Source: Eledone cirrhosa (lineage: Eukaryota). From it: DNA of 64,000 nucleotides. Both the position numbers and the translations under genes were made by a program. The notes beneath the pieces were generated by a model. It was not told the origin of the DNA. It did not search any database and saw only the letters and a list, made by a program, of their open reading frames with translations. Shown here one piece after another: positions 59,895 through 64,000 of the stretch (positions are counted from its first letter, which is position 1; every line of letters begins with the position of its first letter). Location: contig OZ024740.1 in assembly GCA_964016885.1 (NCBI GenBank), positions 363,630,001-363,694,000 on the forward strand, read 5' to 3'.

Positions 59895-62800
59895 AATAGA
59901 TATATTATAGATGTGTATGAGCAAGATATGGTCAACTGATCTGGCTAGCCTCATAACATGACAACCCATCTAACCCCTTGTACCCTTGTACAAGAATGGA
60001 AAATAGATCTTTAAAATATTTATATATTTTAAATTTATTTGCTATTTACAGTTGTAACATTACAAATTGTTTAAACATGTTTTACAGAATGGAAATATAA
60101 ACACACATATAAACATATATAATATACACAATTAATTACTGTTCGGAACAAATGTTAGAAAAAAATAACAATCAAAAACAGCCATCAATTCATCACCAAG
60201 TGAAACACCACAAGGGTCAACGGAATATTTTGTATAAGAACCATATGTCATAGTAATGAACTAATTAACAATTATAAATAAGTCTTTCAATATTTTTCAT
60301 TAACTAATTGAAATACATTGTATTTTATGAGAAAAATGAACATGAAATGGTTAAAACCACACTCAGTAGGATATTTCGCCAAGGAATTATGCAGGTCATC
60401 ATACTTTATGTATAAAAAATGCCAATCTGAGTATTTACATTTATTAAATTGCTTGAGAAATTTTGAATATTTTATTTCTAACAGTTTATCAAACTTTTAT
60501 TCATCACAGAAGTTGTATTGAAGTGCAATTTTCCTAACAACATTTGTGAATGGAGTCAAGGACATGATGATAGCTCTGATTGGATTCTGGATAAAAGCAA
60601 GAAATTTGGTGGTCATGGACCAACTACAGATCATACAACTGGCAGTGAGTAGTATTTTGATAATATTTGAGAAAAGAAGCCGGTTATCAGATCGGACAAG
60701 GTAAACAATGTTTCCATTGATTTTCCCATTGCTATGTCAGTCTCAATTCCTGACCAAATGAGCAATGTGAAACAAAGTATTTTACTTAGGAACACAACAC
60801 ATCATCTAGTCCAGGAATCAAATCCATGACCTTATAATTGTGTGTCTATAACCTTAAGAACTAGTCCATATGCCTTCATATTAATGAAATCAACTCTCAA
60901 ATTGAATAAAATCACTAGGGATTGCATAAAGATGTATTCATTAACTATATCATCACCATTTAACATCCACTTTCTCTGTTAGCAAGGGTTAGACAAGTCT
61001 TTATAAACTGAGGCAGTACTGAAGTGGGGCTACTGACCTAAACAAGCCTGGATCTGCATCTTGCTGAAGAAGAGGCCCACATTCTACCAAGTGCATTTTA
61101 TCATGGCACCAGCAGTAGAGAGGCTGTCATGTCTTTGACACAACTTAAGGGTCCTTCCAATTGTTTGTTTGGTAAGCCTTCTATGGCTCTTTCTATCACA
61201 AAGCATTTTACAGTGTGTACTGGGTGCATTTATCATGTAGATCACCAACACTAGGGAAGCTGTCATATCCTTGACACAATGGAAAGATTCTCTCATCCCT
61301 TTGTTTCTCAAGCTTCTACACCTCGATGCCCTTCCTATCACCAACCACTTTACAAAGTGTATTGAGTGCATTTATCATAGATCAATAACACTAGAGATGT
61401 TATCTCCCTGTTGACAATACTGAAGAATTCTCTCAATCATTTAGCAAACAAATAATTAGTCATGGGTGGGAAAAATGTTGGGAATAATCCAGAGATAAGC
61501 TCACAAATTTCAATCCACCTCTTTCTCAATTAGAGTTGACAACATTCAAAACTTATCAATCATTGAATAATGCAAATAAGAAAAGATTATGCTGGCTTCG
61601 AACTGGACATATACCTTTGAACTACATTCTATTAAGAGCAGGTCATAGAGATTCACCTCTATGTTCTTGTGGTGACTCTCCAGAAACTCTTTGACACTAT
61701 TTGTTCCAATGTAGAAACTATCAGTCTGAGAGAGAGGCCATGCTGAAACCAATCTTTACAAATCTACCAAGATTATAAGTTCAATATTTGATTACAGGTC
61801 TACCAAATATAAACAAAATCTTTGAGTACATGGAAGCTACGAAAAGAGAAACTTCTAGCTGTTTTACAGCTTCCTCTTTCTTTTTTGATTTCTTATGCAT
61901 AATCTGCCTCCCATTGGCATTCAATATTTGAAATGTTATTTTTGTTATTTTATTTTTTCGCCTTTTCTATTTTTAATTTTTATTTTAGTTTTTAGTTTTT
62001 AGTTTTTTTTTCCTTTTCTCTTTTCTTTTTTATTACTTGTCTCACTCGCTTTTTTTGATGACCAACTGTAAGGAGTACTCGATACTTCCTCGAGTCTGTT
62101 GTGGCTTACTAGCTCTATACGGATGTTTAAATTGAATTAATAAATATATATATATATGTATGTGTGTGTGCGTGTGTGTGTGTGTGTAAGCAAAAGGAAA
62201 CTGAAATAACAAAGTAGACACAGTACAATGAAGAAATATATTAGTTTTACGCTTGATATAATAGGAGAAGTGTCTTAACATTTTGGACTAATCCTTAAAG
62301 AAATGTGTATGTGTGTGTGTATGTGTGTGTGTGGTATAATAATTAGTAACTTTGATTTCTTGAGTCTGAGCTCCAGTCATAACAGCTAATATTCTAATAC
62401 ACTCTCAATCGACCTATCAAATTCACTTTCTCTTGCATTAAACCAATCAACTTTCTTGATACATTACTACCACCTTAGCTTTGCTATCACTTAAGCTAAT
62501 GCTATGAGATCAACACCAACATTCCATTGTAGTGTGTAATTAAGGGACCTTCTATCACCAATGTTAATGCCGTGTTTAATCTTGCCTCAAACATGTTCAA
62601 AGGGCAACATCATCATTCCTTGTTATAGTGTGTAATTGAGGGACACACTATCACCTATGGTGAGGTCATGAGTGTCTTGGTTTGCCTAAGAACATTTTGG
62701 AAATATCAACATTCCCTGTTGTAGTGTACATCGAGGGACCAGCTTTCACCTGCAGTAGTGCCATAAGTATCTTGGCTTGCCTCAAACATGTTTAGAAGGC

Positions 62801-64000
62801 TACACCAACATTCCATTTACTTTCTGATTCTTTTTTTATTGAATTTTTCCTTTTGCAAATGATAAACATTATACAATTTTATACGCACTATTCGCTTGTT
62901 GAGTAAAACTTACATTTCCTCCATTTCGAAATTGTTTATAAAGAAATTGTTTTGTGTTGTCGCCATACACTGAAAAGGCTTTTAGCATCTGCAATTTGAA
63001 TTTATGTCTTGGCCAGTAAAAAGTACTACAGTCATCACTTGCAATTGAATATAATTTGGTAGAATGTACCATGCTTTTGCTAAGGGTTTTAGGTACCCAT
63101 GAACTTGCAAGCAGACACAGACATCCTCTCAGCTCTTCCTCCTGTGACCCTTTGGAACATCCAACAGCTGGAGAGAGAGAGAGAGGGGGGGGGCTGCACC
63201 AACATTGGGAAGGTACTTTCTTTATTGATCCTGAAACAATAAATGGTAAACTTGGCCTTAGAATGATTTAAACTCAGAATGCAGAGACCCAGTACAAATA
63301 TCCAATGTTCTAACAACTCTGCCAAATCAACTACCATTGATATATATTTTCAGATCAATATTTCAATGATTATTTTAACAGTGAAGGTGTGTGGCATAGG
63401 GTTTAAAAGGTTGGACTCACAATTAAAATATTGTGTTTGATTCCTGGACTTGGCACCATGCTACAATGTTGAGCAAGACATTTCATTTCAAATTGCTTTT
63501 CATGATAGGACTGATGCCCCCACCCCCCACCCCCATCACTAAAACATCCAAGAAACTTATAAGATACAACTTCTTAGGAGATCAAATAAACCTGTGAGCT
63601 GTTACAACAACAACATGATGTGACTGGGGCCCTTAAAATTAAAACACTCAAGAAACTTTCTATGAGAGGTAACCTTTTAGGAGGCCAGCTAAACCTGCAT
63701 AGTTGTGAGCTGCAAATTTAATTTTAATTTAATTTTCCTCTCATTTTAACAGGTTATAATTTGTCTTTCTTTTTTCAGCTAATGGTTTTTATATGAATTT
63801 ACCATCAAAAGCTGATCAAAAAGCTCATCTTCACAGTCCAGTCATCAAACCAGTTGCTGGACATCAAATGTGCCTCTCATTTTGGTATTATATGCATGGT
63901 CCAGATATTGAATCATTAAAGGTGTACATAAGTAAAACCAACTTGAAAGAGAAAACTGTACACTGGATGAGATCAGGCACCCAAGGAAATCAATGGAAAC
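27921..64000 (+). CDS. Secreted tandem MAM-domain protein (MALRD1/MAMDC2-like), 13 exons in the window, 3'-incomplete
   Basis: Exons 27921-27975, 42643-42777, 44443-44708, 45629-45725, 47605-47793, 48150-48388, 49228-49318, 55012-55146, 55904-56160, 57973-58057, 58154-58243, 60510-60644 and 63779-end splice into one open frame. The MAM motifs CxF..C.W, DHT.G, CL.F.Y.M.G and IA(I/L)DD recur in each domain. Confidence 0.9.
28820..29110 (-). mobile_element. R4/Dong-like RT fragment
   Basis: FYMDDLKLY...FSDDIKMEFGLDKC...YKYLGI. Confidence 0.85.
29208..29553 (-). mobile_element. CR1-like LINE fragment, same family as 50060-53770
   Basis: Reverse complement matches 52960-53320 (CCAGCATCCACATACTCCCT..., AAGAAGTCTTCTTGTGAACGTGACCTGGGC). 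Confidence 0.85.
30076..30136. repeat. (TA)n microsatellite
   Basis: Direct reading. Confidence 0.95.
30887..31024. repeat. Perfect 46-bp inverted repeat with a 46-bp spacer
   Basis: 30887-30932 is the exact reverse complement of 30979-31024. Confidence 0.97.
30915..30964 (-). ncRNA. Minimal type I hammerhead ribozyme motif
   Basis: Minus strand: CCAGUACGGG-CUGAGGA-U-CC-GCUAA-GG-U-GAAA-CAAUUG-UU-CUCGGUAUGG; palindromic stem III ACAAUUGU, GUU triplet, bulged stem I. Confidence 0.7.
31534..31764 (-). mobile_element. piggyBac-like MITE family A, reverse orientation
   Basis: TTAA flanks; the interior is the reverse complement of 50478-50698. Confidence 0.8.
32329..34652 (-). mobile_element. 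RTE family 1 LINE, longest copy in the window (RT domain with stops)
   Basis: FVDLEKAFDRVP, GVHQGSVLNPLLFIIVL, LLYADDLAL, FCYLGD and a CxxC insert; (GAT)n tail. Confidence 0.95.
34930..37240 (-). mobile_element. RTE family 1, old decayed copy with a nested SINE
   Basis: QVGVHQGSVFSHHLFIIILQ and NFCYLDAQINSG; interrupted at 36415-36702. Confidence 0.85.
36415..36702 (-). mobile_element. SINE family B with RTE tail
   Basis: Near-identical to 59504-59851 apart from an internal deletion. Confidence 0.85.
37265..37547. mobile_element. MITE-like element with subterminal GACAAAAATCCC/GGGATTTTGTC repeats
   Basis: Imperfect inverted ends GGG..ACAAAAATCC and GGTTTTGTC..CCC around an AT-rich interior. 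Confidence 0.4.
37745..37950 (+). mobile_element. SINE family A, degenerate long variant
   Basis: CTTTCATCCTTATGGGGTTGATAAAATAAAG core. Confidence 0.7.
38450..38511 (-). mobile_element. RTE family 1 extreme 3' tail fused to the 5S copy
   Basis: Minus strand CCGTCTAACCCATGTTAGCGTGGAAAATGGACGTTAAACGAA(GAT)n, the same as the tail at 23204-23258. Confidence 0.85.
38516..38635 (-). rRNA. 5S rRNA copy (dispersed retrocopy/pseudogene)
   Basis: TACGGTCATATTACGCTTAAAACACCGGTTCTCATCCGATCACCAAAGTTACGCAACGTCGAGCCTAGTTAGTACTTAGATGGGTGACCGCTTGGGAACCCTAGGTGCCGTAAGCATT aligns with invertebrate 5S, including boxes A and C. Several substitutions; the first ~3 nt differ. Confidence 0.92.
39240..39390 (-). mobile_element. 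SINE family B head
   Basis: CTCTAACCACTTAGCCATGCACCTTC and GTGAAATAAAGTGTTTTGCT. Confidence 0.7.
39594..39942. mobile_element. hAT-like MITE
   Basis: TIR CAGAGGTTATCAAA / TTTGAGAACCTCTA; 8-bp TSD GTATAGGA / GTATAGAA. Confidence 0.75.
40594..40785 (+). mobile_element. tRNA-derived SINE family A, full length (reference copy)
   Basis: A-box TGGCAGTATCGG, B-box GAGTTCAAATCCC, core GCCTTTCATCCTTACGGGGTCGATAAAATAAAGTACC, and (TTA)n end; more than 12 copies in the window. Confidence 0.9.
40987..42193 (+). mobile_element. RTE-clade LINE family 3, decayed, (GAA)n tail, nested in MITE B
   Basis: CFVDLEKAYDHVPR, EFADDMV, KLKYLG, YYGHVFRM and GRRPRG; tail GAAGAAGAAGAA. Confidence 0.88.
42643..42777 (+). 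CDS. MAM gene exon 2 (MAM1a)
   Basis: ag|(V)INGQHVCDFDKDLCNWNTQ...FPDHTTG|gtatgt; 135 nt. Confidence 0.9.
43385..43850 (+). mobile_element. SINE family B long variant, degenerate
   Basis: GGCATGGCC head, CTTGGGCAAATG, and duplicated GGGTACACATGTCTGTGGAATACTCA. Confidence 0.5.
44443..44708 (+). CDS. MAM gene exon 3 (MAM1b)
   Basis: ag|(S)GYYLHLEYQ...YCLSFYYYMSG...GWNHFRKPIKTGLENQ|gtaagc; 266 nt. Confidence 0.92.
44757..45125 (+). mobile_element. CRE-like (REL) non-LTR retrotransposon fragment
   Basis: FPFEGGKSLI*DATCHTFS...IKYRGL...SGVLG; homologous to 53950-54520. Confidence 0.6.
45629..45725 (+). CDS. MAM gene exon 4 (MAM1c), GC donor
   Basis: ag|LMFEAHLEGPSDIAIDDVQLEEGNCQELNMTS G|gcaagt; 97 nt. 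Confidence 0.88.
46069..46305. repeat. (CA)n microsatellite; (TA)n follows at 46395-46450
   Basis: Direct reading. Confidence 0.95.
46666..46905 (-). mobile_element. BovB-type RTE 3' end with (GATGA)n tail
   Basis: KLRWYRHMTRSSGIA*TVLQGTV*GGRKRDRQKKIWGDNI. Confidence 0.75.
47605..47793 (+). CDS. MAM gene exon 5 (MAM2a)
   Basis: ag|(G)YDSLD...CNFEQKALCGF...GPREDHTFRTGS G|gtaaag; 189 nt. Confidence 0.92.
48150..48388 (+). CDS. MAM gene exon 6 (MAM2b)
   Basis: ag|(G)KYLYSS...LVSPKF...CLQFWYNMYG...GDQGFGWK...QDFN|gtaagt; 239 nt. Confidence 0.93.
49228..49318 (+). CDS. MAM gene exon 7 (MAM2c)
   Basis: ag|ITFNAWNSYGADGYIALDDIHLQQGKCSRP G|gtttgg; 91 nt. Confidence 0.9.
49440..49735 (-). mobile_element. 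SINE family B long variant
   Basis: ATAAAGTGTCTTGCCCAAG and CTCTAACCACTAGGCCATG. Confidence 0.65.
50060..53770 (+). mobile_element. CR1-group LINE, near full ORF2 plus ORF1 remnant, decayed
   Basis: APE domain (LNARSL, ITVTET, AGNLNHPKIDW, PTRGDNTSDLLF, LGDSDH); RT (SPGLDG, QFGF, DVVYLD, SGVPQGTTLGPLLFVAYIND, ADDMKLY, ERDLG, FFTLRVTEAWNKLP); (ATT)n tail. Confidence 0.93.
50478..50698 (+). mobile_element. piggyBac-like MITE family A nested in the CR1 element
   Basis: TTAA|CCCTTTAGCATTTA...TAAATGCTAAAGGG|TTAA. Confidence 0.9.
53950..54520 (-). mobile_element. CRE-like non-LTR retrotransposon REL-endonuclease fragment
   Basis: ASLNDMRRSLDTAGFPSQLKPTGLNYGNGKCLDGINLFPFEGSKSLICDAIC...GTAAHNAE resembles the CRE-type LND.IRRAL..AG.PS.LEP.GL...DGKRPDG...WD.T pattern. 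Confidence 0.7.
55012..55146 (+). CDS. MAM gene exon 8 (MAM3a; not in the ORF-track frame)
   Basis: aaag|(D)VCNFEGAMCSWTNTKTDSLDWVETKGSGTKRIGPHADHTHGTNK G|gtaacg; 135 nt. Confidence 0.92.
55904..56160 (+). CDS. MAM gene exon 9 (MAM3b)
   Basis: ag|(G)TYLFLDA...KCLHFWYHMKG...GDQGSTWNYASV...DNFY|gtaaat; 257 nt. Confidence 0.93.
56786..57260. repeat. ~175-bp imperfect inverted repeat around a SINE A fragment
   Basis: 56786-56960 versus 57081-57260; each arm is built from a ~130-bp tandem unit. Confidence 0.88.
57474..57662 (-). mobile_element. SINE family A, full length
   Basis: Reverse complement of the reference copy; flanked by TTAGTTATAAAATAAT direct repeats. Confidence 0.88.
57973..58057 (+). 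CDS. MAM gene exon 10 (MAM3c)
   Basis: ag|LVIEGIIGLNNTGGIAIDDLAINSIQCQ A|gtaagt; 85 nt. Confidence 0.92.
58154..58243 (+). CDS. MAM gene exon 11 (Thr/Pro/Lys-rich linker)
   Basis: tag|(T)TPSKANLQKPVVKTTKKSITSIPVTIEPG A|gtaagt; 90 nt, phase 1-1. Confidence 0.8.
58365..58863 (+). mobile_element. Solo LTR-like element in a (TA)n tract
   Basis: TGTA...TACA termini, TATAAATA near 58509, AATAAA near 58642, and three internal AGTCCTTTTAAGGGCTAT repeats. Confidence 0.6.
58920..59130 (-). mobile_element. SINE family A, long variant
   Basis: GTAAGGATGAAAGGCAAAG core plus head. Confidence 0.8.
59504..59851 (-). mobile_element. Full SINE family B with RTE tail
   Basis: Same architecture as 21793-22188; followed by (TA)n. 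Confidence 0.85.
60510..60644 (+). CDS. MAM gene exon 12 (MAM4a)
   Basis: cag|(K)VVLKCNFPNNICEWSQGHDDSSDWILDKSKKFGGHGPTTDHTTG A|gtgagt; 135 nt. Confidence 0.92.
60948..61440 (-). mobile_element. RTE-tail-derived non-autonomous repeat; related copies at 30328-30795 and 47238-47560
   Basis: (CAT)n/ACATCCACTTT tail, then tandem ~120-bp units containing GCTGTCAT..CTTGACACAA and ATCACCAACC. Confidence 0.6.
61445..62140 (+). mobile_element. I/Nimb/Tad1-like LINE 3' end with C-terminal Zn knuckle
   Basis: RLCWLRTGHIPLNYILLRAGHRDSPLCSCGDSPETL*HYLFQCRNYQSER...IFEYMEATKR at 61584-61848, then a T-rich putative 3'UTR. Confidence 0.7.
62514..62815. repeat. ~97-bp tandem repeat, about 3 degenerate copies
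   Basis: Recurring CAACATTCC..TGTAGTGTGTAATT.AGGGAC...TCACC...TGCCTCAAACATGTT. Confidence 0.75.
63779..64000 (+). CDS. MAM gene exon 13 (MAM4b, truncated by the window)
   Basis: tttcag|(T)NGFYMNLPSKADQKAHLHSPVIKPVAGHQMCLSFWYYMHGPDIESLKVY...SGTQGNQWK. Confidence 0.92.

Overview
AT-rich, repeat-dense eukaryotic genomic DNA. The SINE, RTE and 5S sequence types suggest an octopod cephalopod; this is an inference. Two intron-containing host genes point away from each other. (1) On the minus strand are five exons of a RECQL/RecQ1 helicase (12653->3350, continuing off the left edge). Its 5'-most visible exon has a +1 frameshift and two motif substitutions, and I could not find the motif-I exon upstream, so it may be a truncated or decaying copy, or an assembly error. 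(2) On the plus strand is a secreted multi-MAM-domain protein: a signal-peptide exon at 27921 plus 12 further exons, at least 4 MAM domains, and one GC-AG intron; it runs off the right edge. The rest is mobile DNA: Helitrons, several RTE LINE families, CR1-, R4/Dong-, CRE-, I- and L2/Crack-like LINE pieces, two tRNA-SINE families, TTAA (piggyBac-like) and hAT MITEs, LTR-like pieces, and micro/minisatellites. The most notable observations are two minimal type-I hammerhead ribozyme motifs in Penelope-like pLTR contexts (one inside a perfect 46-bp inverted repeat) plus decayed relics, a 5S rRNA copy fused to an RTE 3' tail (SINE3-like chimera), and an RTE insertion with twin-priming inversion geometry. 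Repeat boundaries were read by eye and are approximate.
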